64,000 nt of DNA, from positions 24,368,001 to 24,432,000 of the forward strand of contig CM052816.1 in NCBI GenBank assembly GCA_028534125.1, written 5' to 3'. The stretch comes from Lama glama. Taxonomy: Eukaryota. Below the pieces are notes generated by a model. The model was not told the origin of the DNA, did no database searches, and saw only the letters and a list, made by a program, of their open reading frames with translations. How positions within the stretch are numbered: position 1 is the stretch's first letter; the number at the start of each line of letters is the position of its first letter. The position numbers were made by a program, and so were the translations under genes. Below are positions 1 to 12,300 of this stretch, in pieces.

Positions 1-2424
1 GGTTCACTGCTTCCCTCCCGCCCCCTTACGCAGTCCTCTTTCCAGGCTTCTTGCCATATCCCATCCGGACCATTTCCCGTGAGAACATCAGATGGAGACA
101 AACACATGCCACAGAGAAGCCAGCGGGGAAAGCAGCGACAGAAACAGGTCTGGGGCGCTCTCGCCTGCGCACGTGCATGTTTCTGCTCGTTCTCATCTAG
201 GGAAGGACAGGAACATGGAGCATTCATACAAATTCTCCAGCTCCTCAGAGAACTGAGCAAAAGCCCAGGAGGGCTATACAACCCACCTAAGGGAAAATAA
301 ATGGCATGACTTGAAAGTTCCAGGTCTTTGTCTTTCATGTCCAGGTCTCCCTCCCCGTGCCCCGCGTGTCCGGAATTGCCATGTGCAGATGGGCTGTACA
401 GCCAGTCAGTTCACTGTCAGGGAAAGTAACTCACCTAGGAACACGGAGAAGCCAAAGGATAAACTGGAAGTGAAACAATGGCCTGGCTGCTTGCACCAGG
501 GCCAGCAGCAGCTGGAAGCGCCCCTTCCTCCCCAGTCCTCTCTGTTTCCCTCTTGGCACCATCCTGGCTACCTGTACATCAGCTGCGGAGCTGGCAGCCT
601 TAGTGCAGGATAAGAATTATAGGTCGTGATCCTGAAGCCTTAAGTGGGATGGGAAGTGGGCCAGCAGGCAGGGACAGGGTTCAGGATTATTTTAGGTCGA
701 GAGATTGGGACCAGGATGGACCTGGCTGGACGCTGTCCCTCCCGCCAAGAATGTGAACGATCTCGCAAGCGGCCAGCCAGAGGCTTTGTGCCTCAAAGGC
801 TGTAGTCATGAGAAACCAGCTCTAGATATGCACGGACAACTGCAGACCCTCTCCAAAATGGGTCAGCTTGGCAGAAATACATGGTCTGTTATGCCCCACC
901 ATCCACCTTCCCTGACCTTACTAAAGTCTCAGTGTCTTAGATTTGGCCTTGGGAACTGCTGCCTTTCCCTGGCTTCCTGTTGGGACAGAGTGGGAGAGAA
1001 CCAGCTGTGAGTCAGGCTACCTTGGTTTGACTGGAGCCCCGCAGCGTCCCAGCTGCAGCTGTGCACTAGTGACCCCACCTATGTAAGCCTCAGTTTCTGC
1101 CTCTGTAAAATAGGGATAAGACCTACCTTGGACAGTCCTTGTAAGGTTGGTAAGGCTCAGCTCTCAGTAGGCAGTTCATGAATGAACGGTGCTGCCCTTT
1201 CCTCCCCTGTTGCTCACTGTTTCTAACGTCTGGGTGATTGCCTGAGTTTTGACAAACAGCTTTGATCAGTGATTTGAAGGACCATAAAGTTTTAAATTTC
1301 AAAATCTCTCTTCAAAAAGAAGAGGGATTAATTTTAAATAATCAACACATTTTTATTGAGCACACTGTGTTTGGGAGTAAAAAGAACTGTGAGAGATCTT
1401 TCTGGAGGTTGAAATTACTGACTTGATTGAGATTTTTGAATTACATGTGAATTTCAATTATTTTGCATTTCCTGATACTGGAGCCTAGGGCTAATTGAGA
1501 ATTCATCACAGATAAAAAATGTGCTAGTTCTGGATCTGGTGCTACTGAGGAAAACAAATATAGCCCCTCAGCTGTCTGTGTTCCCAGAAATGAGGGACTC
1601 GTGAGTCACTGGGCTCATATATCTAGTGCCTTCTTAGAGGCTCTGAATTCCGTGCACAAAGACAGCAGGAGATGGGCTCAGGGATCTCTGCTTTGTTCTG
1701 AGAAACTCTCCTTTCTGGACACACTTTTCACCTACTGGGGCCATAGTTACCCCATCAAGGAAATGAGTAAATGGACCTATCAGAGGTTTTTATCTTATTT
1801 GTGGGCACCAGGTACAAAGAACTGAGTTAATCATACATTTTAGTCCATGACACAATTTCTATCACCAGCAGCCCATACAGGTCCCTCTTGTTTTATTCCA
1901 CAAATGTGTGCACAGGACCAAGCATGTCCGTCCCTCAAGCCATGCACTATTCAGCACTTTGAAAATCACCCCCTTTTAATCCTTACAGCGACCTCATCCA
2001 CTGTTACCTAACACACTACCCCCAAATACAGTGAACTCAAACAAACAAATAAAAAAAACCCATTCTGTTGCACCTCACTGTTCCACAGGTTGGCTAGGGC
2101 TCAGCTGGGCACCTGTGGGCAGTCCCCCATCTGGTCACACTTGGGTGTTTCAGTCAGATGGCCCCATGCTTCTCCTGTGGCCTTTCTCTCCACATGGCAT
2201 CTCAGCTTATGGGCCCCTGTCCTTCCACAGACAGGGCTCAGGACGCCAAGAAGGAAGACACCTCTTTCCCACTTCCTGCCTGAGCTTGGAAGTCCTGCAG
2301 CTTTACTTCCTCTAATCCTATTGCTCGAAGCAGTCACAGGTCTCTCCTCTTGGAGGAAGCAGCTGCTTGCACATGCAGGGAAGGACAGAATTATTTGGGG
2401 CCATCCTTGGGGTTAGCTATCAGA

Positions 2425-2546
2425 CCCTTATTACAGATGGAGAAGCTTAACCAGAGGGGTTATTTGCCCAAGGAAACAGCTAGTAAGGGGGAGAGCTGGA
2501 ATTCAGACCCAGGCTCTGGAGTTCATGCTCTTAACCACTGTGCTCT
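2425..2546 (+). mobile_element. MIR SINE remnant (others at about 1030-1190, 12075-12150, 25620-25850, 26270-26570, 54320-54630 and 56735-56850)
   Basis: MIR core ttacagatggagaagc...ttgcccaagg...agctagtaag...gctggaattcagacccagg...tgctcttaaccactg. Confidence 0.7.
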
Positions 2547-2749
2547 GATGCCTCTCAGCCTCTACCACACTAGTATTTATTTGTTCATTTTCAGCCAGTT
2601 CGACAATATAAACCTAAGTCTTATTGCTTCTATCTGTTCACATTTACACGTCTCTATTTTTCGTAGTGGCTTGGCCATCTTTTCCTTTTGTCTCCCTTGT
2701 CAGGTTGATGTGCTCATGTGCTGTATGTTCAACTTTCTCTTAATTTCGC

Positions 2750-5300
2750 CTATGTATACTTTGTTGAACTGAAATTCTTAACTTTGACATAGTGGAAACT
2801 GGTATTTTTTTTCCCATGTGTTTTGTACTGGGGTCATCTTATTTACATTTTTGCAGTCCTTTCTCATTCCAAAGTCACAAAGATAGTCTCCCATATTTTC
2901 TTCCTTTAGCTTTATGGTTTTATGTATCACCTTTAGGCATTCAGTCTATCTGGAGTTCACCTCTGCAGACTATATAAGGATCCAACTTTATCTCCCCAAG
3001 GAAGGCTGTGTGCCATCGCTATCTAATAAGTACTCTCTCCTTTCTTCATTCACTTGTGGTGCCACCTGGAGCCATATCCAGTTCCATATAATCATGATCA
3101 TGGCTTCAACCCACTTGTCTGTTCCCTGTGTTACCTGTTTTTCTTACTATGGCTTCATGACATGCCTCATTACCTCCAGTGGAGTAAGCAACTCCTCCCC
3201 AACCCCCTTCACTCTACCATCTTTCAAAATTGACTTAGTTATTTGTGGACAAACTTTTTATTCTCGTGTATAAATTTTAGAATAGTTTTGTCAAGTCATT
3301 TTAAAAGCCTTGATGGAATTTTGATTGTAACTGTAGTGAATCTATACATTAACTTCATGAAAATGAATGTCTACAATTTTTAGCCAATCCCATATAACGA
3401 TCATAGCATAACACCATTTATTCAGCTGTTCTTTGTATCTTGAAACAGAATCTTGATAGTTACCAGTAAAATTCTTGTGCATCCTTTGTTAATTTATAAA
3501 TAATTTATAGTTGTGTTGCTATTGTAAAATAAATGATTTTCTGTTCTATTTTCTAGTTGGATAGTGGTGGTGTAGAGGAACTCTTGCCATCCTTTGCTGA
3601 CCTCTGTATTTTGGTTCTCACAGTCTGTTGATCCCCTTCTAAGCCAGCTCGTTCCTGTCTTAGTGCAGCGGCCAGGCCCTCCAGGACTGTCCATTGCAGG
3701 TGGATGCGCTGGTTTCCCAGTCTGAAAGACTGTTCCCAGTGTCTCCACCATTGATATTTGCTATACATTTTCCTTACATAACTTTTTGAGCTTATTCTGT
3801 TTCCCTTCTATTTCTAGTACTCAGTGAGTTTTTACATCATTTTAAATAACATTGAATTAGCAATAATAATTAAATATGATTAACAATATACCATTGAGCA
3901 GTTTGTGTGACTTTCTACTCTATAATCCACAATAGTAACACTATTGTTGAACCATCCTTTCAGTCCTGGATAAACCTTACCTAATATTTTCTATATCTCA
4001 CTCTGCATCTGTTAGAAACTAAGAGTTCACACCAACACTACCATTTCCAGTCCAGTATCAGAGTTCAGTCTAGTTTTTTCCATTTCCATATTTACAGCTC
4101 CCTTTCCTACCGTGAGAATCCTGTTTTCATTGTCCTTATTCACCTACTTAATCAGCCGCTCTGCCAGTAACCAATCTCTCGCCTCCACAGCCATGCCCTC
4201 CCCGGGGTAGATGTCCCCGTCACCGTCCTCGGGTGCTGACACCCCGTGGCAGGTCCCCGCCAGGCTCTGGAGCAGCCAATGGCTGTTTCTCACCTTCATT
4301 CCCTTATTCGTTGGTGCTTTATTTTCATCCTCTTTTATTCTTTTGTCTAACCAATCTGAATTAATGATGTACTTCTTTAGTCTTTCTGAAAAAAGTTAGA
4401 ACTTTCATCTTCTCTTTCTTTCTTTCATCCTCTTTTGTCCTGTTTTCATTGATTTTTTAGCCTTATCCTTCTTACTGCTTTCCTGGTTTATTTGTTTTTT
4501 TCTAAAAATCTCTTATTTCAGCCTTTCTGTTTGTTTTTTGGATGAATGATTTAAAGCTATACATTTTCCTCTAAGCATTTCTTCATCTCCCACAATTTTT
4601 GAAAATTTTAATGTTTAAATTTTAGGTCTAAGTAATTTTAATTTCCCTTATGCTCTTTTCTTTAACCCAAGAGTCATTTCATAGTGAGTTATTTAACTTT
4701 TAGCAAATGAGCAGGGCTGGCGAGTGTTATTCTCTTGTTTCATATTTGTTATTATTACTTTATAGTCAAAGAACTATGGCCTTGATTTGATTCTTTGAAA
4801 TTATGGCACTTTTTGTGGTTTAATACAGGCTTGATTTTTACAAGTATATATACATATATGCATGTATGAATAAATAAGCTACAGCTTATTGTGTAGTTCG
4901 TATCTTCCTATCTTTTGCTTTTTTTCATGCTTGATCTGTCAGTTTCTGAGAGAATATACAATTTCTGATGACAATTAATTTTTTTCTCTCCCTTTAGCCT
5001 TACTGGTAGTTGCTTTATGTGTCTGAGGCAACATAAATAGATCTTTATCATTATATCTCTTGATATGTTGTTTCTCTTACCAAAATATAATATTCTGCTT
5101 ATCCAATTGATGTTTTAAAATTCTTTGAACTAATGTTAAACACTTTTGTATCCTTTTATGACTCCTGTAGACAGACAGCTCATTGCTAAATATTCTCTTT
5201 AAAATTTAATCTGAAAATCTCTTTGGATTGTTCAGTTTAATTCATTTACATTTGTTGTACTATTATGTTGGGTCTTAATTCTACCATCTTATCTCGTGTT
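2750..5300 (-). mobile_element. Degraded old LINE-1 (ORF2 region), antisense
   Basis: T-rich tract with L1-antisense phrases, e.g. gatggaattttgattgtaactgtagtgaatctatacattaa and tttaaagctatacattttcctctaagc. Boundaries approximate. Confidence 0.6.
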
Positions 5301-7499
5301 TCACTTTTTTTCCCCTGTGATCTCATATTCTCTTGGGGATCTTGACTTCCTTGGCCAGTTATGTACCCACAATGGGGGGGAACTCAATCCCCAGTGGGTC
5401 AGCAGAGAGGGTGGGCCACACACCTAGGGAGGAGACACATCTAGGTGCTGCCAACTTGGACTCAATCACTCTCCACTTGCCACACCTCAGCAAGTGACTT
5501 GGCCCCTCAGGGATCATCCTCACTCTATCCTCATCACATTTTCTAAGTCCCATCCGCCTGGATTGCAATCAGCTTTCCTTTGAAACACAGAGGGCTAGAG
5601 GGGGAAACTGTGCAGCTGGCATATCTGCCTGCACATATATTAATGCACCTACCTGAGTGTGGATGAACACAGCCCTAGCGGTACCCCCACTGACCTGCTG
5701 GCACCGCTCTTCTGTTTTCTGGGATGCGATGAAGCAGGCGGCGATGCAAAGGTACTATTAGGAGAGAGCAAGGACACACTTCCTCAACTCTGTCCCTCAG
5801 GTTTGCCCCTCCTCCCACCCATCCCTCTTCCTCCCACACCTTCTGCAGCCCAAGAGTTCCTTTTTTTCCCCTCATATCCAGGGTTGATTGTAGGGGTGGG
5901 GAAGTGAAGGGGGCCAAGACTCAGAGGAAGTTTGCCATAGAATCTGCCATCAGCACTTCTCAAAAAGCCCTTCTTGGAGCCCTGAGTTGCTGCAGGGGAC
6001 TGAGTATGGGAAGAGCCCCGTAACCTTGGCTCTGGTGCCCCAGCCCCATCCAACCACTTTACTTCTGCTTCGTATGGTGAGGACTGGGGCCAGCAAGATT
6101 TCTCTCATAGGAAAATTAGTGTTGAAGCTTCTTAGGTCAGTTTTTAATTCTAAAATTCTGTGTAAACTCATCTAGCTCCTTGGCTCTTGGGGACCCTGGG
6201 TTTGTAAAGGGCAATGAAGTGCTTGGCAGATCTGTGTTGCGTGGGCCTGTCCTGTATGAAAACCACCGACCACTCGTCTCCCTCCCCTCCCCTCCCCGTC
6301 TCCTCCCAGTTCACAGCAGGGAGGCCTCTGTCTTTTAACCCAGAACCACATTTTGTTCTCAGATAAGACTTAAAGGCCGCTGACGCGAGGATTTTTTTTT
6401 TTTAATCTATCTGGAGATTTGTGGGAGAAATGTCTGAGAGCAGACGGGAGGGAGACTGTGCGGAACACCCATCACAGTCCTGTGTGGAGGCCCCTCAAGG
6501 CCAGGGAGGCAGTGGACAAGCCAGCAATGAGGATGCCCCCCACGATGGCCAAGGGGCATTACTTTTACCGCATAACAACTAGAACTATGTTTCCTGCCCT
6601 TTAAACAGGAAGCTCAGACTGGCTTTGTGGAAATTTGCAAATGACTTTCCTAACACACATGGAAGTACTCCTACAGAGCTCAAAAACGTCACTGGCTTTT
6701 CTCCATCATTTACCTCCCTCATACCTGTCCATGCCTAGTAAATGCAGGACCAACCATCTTTGATGTCTCCCACTCAGCAGCTGAGGGAGCCAGATGGCTG
6801 GGTGACACCCACGGGACACCACTTGGAGCTTATCCTCTACCAGGCCTCTCAGCAGTGAGGGGCTAAGGGCAACCCAGCCCCGGACCCTGGAGATGCTTAA
6901 GGGGAGTCTAGGGGAAGCGATCTAAGACTCCATCATCTGGGTATTAGTAGATCTATTCTGCAGTCTGTGTGAGGGCACAGGACCCAGGCCTCATGGGCAA
7001 CATCTTACAACAAAATTAGCAATCCTGAGTTAGAAGGTGTGTGTGTGAGAACCTCCCCAAAGGCATGCACCATTCTGGAATGAGTGGGCAGCTCTGAATC
7101 AACAGCCTATGGAGCAGGGCAGAATCTTCACGTGGCCTCGGCCTGAACCTCCCCTCTCAGAAGCCAGTGCTAGCAGGCAAGGTGAGAGAAAAGAATCTAT
7201 CGGTTGTGAGTAAATTTGCTTCATCCCAGAGGCGGAGGAATTAAACTCAGGCAGGGTATGCAAAGGTTAAGGGACTTGCAAACATGCACTTAAGGGAGTT
7301 CAGGTGGGATTTAGTTTGTTTAGTGCACCTTGCGAAAAAGTCAGTGGCCATCAATCACCTCCTTGTGCATGACGGGGGCCCCCTCTGTGTGTATACATAT
7401 CCCGTACAGGCTCACTGTTATCACACAGTCCTCAAAAACTGGGCACACCTGGTTGTGGTCTCCGAATAAATACCGTTTCCTATGAAAAAGAATCAGGTC

Positions 7500-9357
7500 T
7501 CCTTGAAGAAATGTCTGGGTCTAGGTCAGGGGCAGGGAAATGCAAGGTGAACCTAGAGCACCTTGTCTACCAGAAAATGAGGTGGACTCCCATGGTCGTG
7601 TCCAGAGGACACAGGATCCAATCCAAATAGGCTCCCACTAGAATGCAGTTTGATGCAGCCACTGTGGAAAACAGTATGGAGAGTCCTCAAAAGACTAGAA
7701 ATAGACTTACCATATGACCCAGTAATCCCGCTCCTGGGCATGTATCCAGAAGGAACCCTACTTCAAAGACACCTGCACCTCAATGTTCATAGCAGCACTA
7801 TGACATGGAAACTGCCTAAATGTCCATCAACAGATGACTGGATAAAGAAGATGTGTTATATTTATACAATGGAATACTATTCAGCCATAAAAATGACAAT
7901 GTAATGCCATTTGCAGCAACATTGGAGAATGTCATTCTAAGTGAAGTAAGCCAGAAAGAGAAAGAAAAATACTATATGAGATTGCTCATATATGGAATCT
8001 TAAAAAAAAAAACATAAATACAAAACAGAAACAGATTCACAGACATAGAATACAAACTTGTGGTTGCCATGGGGGTGGAGAGTGGGAAGGGACAGACTGG
8101 GATTTTAAAATTTGTAGATACTGACAGGCATATGCAGAATAAACAAGATTATACTGTATAGCACAGGGAAATATATACAAGATCTTGTGGTAGCTCACAG
8201 AGAAAAAAAGTGACAGTGAATATATATATATATATATATATGTTCATGTATAACTGAAAAATTGTGCTCTACACTGTAATCTGACACAACATTGTAAAAT
8301 GACTGTAACTCAATTAAAAAAATGTAAAAAAAAAATAGGCTCCCACTAGCCTAAGATGGAACAATATGAGTATCATGGAGAGCAAGGGCTGCACTGAATT
8401 TTTACCACCATCTATGTTAAAATTCATGAGTTTATAATGGTACAAAAAAAAAAAAAAAACCCCTCGCTGGTCACCTTTGGAGTATGCTGAAGAACCAAAT
8501 CATTATTCCGATAACTGCTTTTTAGAAAGTGTCCTGTGTGCACTCTACCTTGGGATATAATTGATGAAAGAAAGTTCTTTAGAGAAAACTTGCACCTAAA
8601 AAGTGTGGAAATAATGATAGAATCTAAATGGAATCATCGATGTGCCTAATGATCATTAGAGGATGCTAAAACCATTAGCTGATGGGGAACTTTATAATAG
8701 AAGAGTCAACCCTCAACGCCTACACCCAGATCGATCTTAACATCACAAGAGCGGAGCTGACACCGTGTACCTCCTGACAAGAAGCCACAGGAAGTACACA
8801 GAAACACTGAACATGTATGGGGTCAGGCACTGCTGCTTCCTAGTTCACAGGAGTGAGAGGGATGGATAGATTGTTAAATGACACCAACAGCATGGTTTCT
8901 GGCAGCAGCACTACTGACACTTTGGGGTGGATAATTCATTTAGAAGACTTTTTAAAACGCATCAACAAATGTAACATGGGGACCTTGTCTGGATCCTGAT
9001 TCAGAAAAACCAAAGGTAAAAAAAGAAAAAAAAATCATGAGACTATCAGGGAACCGTGAACACTGGATACCTGATCATATTAAGGAATTATTTGTTTTAG
9101 GTATGATAACAGAATAAAAAGTCCCGTCTCTCAAGTTACATTCTGAAAGGGCTGATGAAGCAGTTGTGCAACATCTGGGATTCCAGGGGCTGGCAGAGCA
9201 GGAGGGAGTATGGGAGACAAGACAGGGGTTGGGGGGTGGTGTATGGACCACATTGAAGCTGGGTGATGGTGTACGTACAAGGGGTTCACTATACTAGTCT
9301 CTCCATTTTATATATGTCTAAACTTTTCCATTGTAAAAAGTTATTAAAAAAAAAAAA
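7500..9357 (+). mobile_element. Old L1M (L1MC-like) 3' UTR remnant, interrupted by the younger L1
   Basis: Typical old-L1 3' end (ggggttcactatactagtctctccattttatatatgtctaaacttttcc...poly-A at ~9345-9357). The sequence reads through across the TSD. Boundaries approximate. Confidence 0.6.
7642..8332 (+). mobile_element. 5'-truncated young LINE-1 (ORF2 C-terminus, 3' UTR, poly(A)) with a 17-bp target-site duplication
   Basis: ORF 7650..7904 ([28 protein letters not shown]...WIKKMCYIYTMEYYSAIK) is the L1 ORF2 C-terminus. AAATAGGCTCCCACTAG occurs at both 7625-7641 and 8333-8349. Confidence 0.93.
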
Positions 9358-12300
9358 GGTGGCATCGCTGCCTGACACTCTCTAAAAGGACTCACCGCTC
9401 TGCGGGGACCAGGGAGCTGAGGCAGGGTGGGCTGTAGCTGACCCCATAGGAGAGGTTCCAGATAACACAAGAACTAAGGATGGGCTCGAATCAGAGGCTG
9501 GAGGGTCAAGGTGGGTCATTTTCCTTAGCGAGGTTATATACGCCAAGGTCAATTACTTAGCTGTTTGCCGCGCTGGAGTGAAACTCCATCAGACAGCAGG
9601 GGAGGACAGGGGCTGGGCCCGGAGGGGAGGGGAGGGGAGGGGAAAGTCGGAGAAACCTTGAGTTCCAGTTCCCAGAACGATGCTTTCCATCACGGATAGA
9701 AGGCGGAGCGGCCTCGGCGTATCCAATTAAAAAAACCCCATGCCCAGCTGAGACTGGAGGGCGTCAGCGAGGCTTCCTTCACCTGCCAGGCCTGCAGTGA
9801 GGCCTCCGCGTCCTGGAGACAGAAGGCAAGCGCCCGGCAGCCCGGCGGGCGCGGCGTGGTCTGGAGGCGGCAGAGGGCTTGGTAGTTAGAGGGGTGATCT
9901 TCATGATCTCATTCTCCGCGCGTCTGCAGATCAGTACCGGCTGCACCCAGCGCCCCGAGGGCCAGGAGCATCCGCGCGGGCTAGCATGTCTGCCCCGACC
10001 TCCGTCAGGCTTCCCGGGAGGATGTTAGAGTCCTCCCTTTCCCTACTGTTCAGGAGCAGCGGCCAAGTGTCCCTGCAGGCAGAGAGGCCCCTGCGAGGAC
10101 ACAGCCTCTTGATCTGTCCCAGCCTCCTGGCCCCTAGGGCATGAGAGAGACTTGCCACCCGGAGGACAAAATGAGGAGGAAACTTTGTTGAATTGAACCC
10201 CACTGTGGTCCAAAATGAATGAACAATTAGACAAAGGACCAAAACTGGGGTTCTTCTCCTAGAGGAAAACTTAACCAGTTTAAAATACCCACCCCCCTCC
10301 CAGACACAAACGTGTGTGCATGTGTGCGCATTAAAAAAACCCTGTCCCCCTCTCTCTCACACTCACACACACACAGCATTAAAGGAATCCTGGGACAGGC
10401 CAGCTCTTTCCATTGTCACTATCTGCGTGCCCTAAGGCTACATTATCTGAAACCTCGTCCTCCCTCTCCCCTGACCACACGAGTTCAGCATCACTCAGGG
10501 AAGAAGTGCCTGGAACGGGGTCATAAGCCCTCAGAAGGGGACAGTTTGCTTATGATATAAGTCAATGAATGGGACGCAGACATGTTTACATTTCTCGTTC
10601 CTCCCACCTCTTCTTGGAATAAGCCTCTTCAAATAATGGCCTTCCTGTCGGCTTCCTCATTTCCCCTGAAGACAGTATGGCTGGGTGTTCAATTGTTTCC
10701 CAGTTATAACCATCCAAAGTCATTCCCTTCAGGTCAGCCGTTGCCTCCCAAGGGTGTTGATGAGAACACACTGAAAGAAAAAATTGCTTAAAAATAGCAA
10801 GACACCCTATGATCCACCATTACAGGGCTGAGCTCATTACTGTAATTCAGGATTCCTGTGCCAAAGATGACACAAGTACCCCAACTGCCTTCCTTTATTT
10901 CATAATTCAGTGTTTCCCAACCTTCATCAAGCATTTTGGGAAAGAACTGCCAGAGACCCACAGTTACTTCTTCTAGCACCTGGGCGGGGAGGAGCAGGGC
11001 AGTCCACCCTGGTTGGTCATGTGCTGCTTTAGCTAACACACCAGAGGCTTTGCCCGGTGACACATCAATTCCCTTTCCAGCTGAAGGCTTGAATAATTTA
11101 CTTGAATGAAAATCTAAAATCAACATAGAGCCATCAGATCAAGGACAAGAGAGGTCCTGTCATCTCAGTTCCATGGATCAAGCAAGCACAGCAAGTCTGT
11201 GTTCAGTGTCTGGGTGAGGTCAGCTGGGATTCGGCAGCGTGCAGGCCCTGTGCACCGGGAGCACTGGTGGGGAGGATGGCCAGCCGGCATGAGCCAAAAG
11301 ATTTTCTCAGCGTTTGGGTCTCAAAGGAGAACTGGGAAGTGATAATCAAACAGAGTCCAGAAAACCTCTCTACTTCCCATTTGAGCCCTGAGCACGTGGG
11401 GCACCTTGACAGTCACTGTCATCTTCAGTCTGTGACAGGCTGGCCACATTCGTACTTCATTCACGTTGTTCAAAACCAGAGCTCACAAGTGCCTCTCTCC
11501 TGCCTCCTCGTGTGGGAGACCAGCTGCCTGTGGTCTCTTACAGGAGACCTGCTGTGTGTGATGCCTTCCTCCTAGAAGTGACCTTACCACAGCTGTAGTT
11601 GTCCATCTTCGTGTGCTTATTTCACTGAGACCCAGACTGGGCTGTCAGCTCCATCAAGGTCAGCACAAGACTGCCTTTTACTCAGCATTCTATCTGTCGG
11701 TGCCTCATACACAGCATAGCACTTGGTAAGTAATGAACAAGTGTGAAGTTAATATTTATTCCTGAAAAAAGTAAAGCGTGGTGCTTCTGGCATGCCCAAT
11801 GGCTTTCCCTGTTGAACCACTCAACTGACCAGAAGTGCTAGCTCTGAACAACATTGCCTTCTCTTGTAGACTTCTGCACACTAACAGCAGAGAACAACCT
11901 GCCCTCCACCTTAAAGCCTCACCTTACTTCCCAGTTCCCCTAATCAAAAATGTTGAAATAATCATTAGTTTTAAATTCCTGTTTATTTATTTCAACCTAC
12001 TGTATTGGTACGTCCTTTCTATGTGCTCTACTTTAACTCTCCCATCAGCTCTCTAGTAATAGTTTTTTTTTAGTCTCAATTTACAGATAAGGAAACTGAG
12101 AAGCAGGAATATTAGCTTTCCAGGCTCCCACTGTTAAGTGACGCATCTTAGTAGCACTACTGCTGCTCCTCTCAGGGGTTTCCCAGTCACAGAGCTAGTT
12201 TAAAGGCAGAAACAATGCAGCTCTTTCTTCTATTTCCAGCCTGTCTGTGGAGAAGGTCCATCCATGTGGGAAAGTACAAATTTGGGACAGATCCATGACT

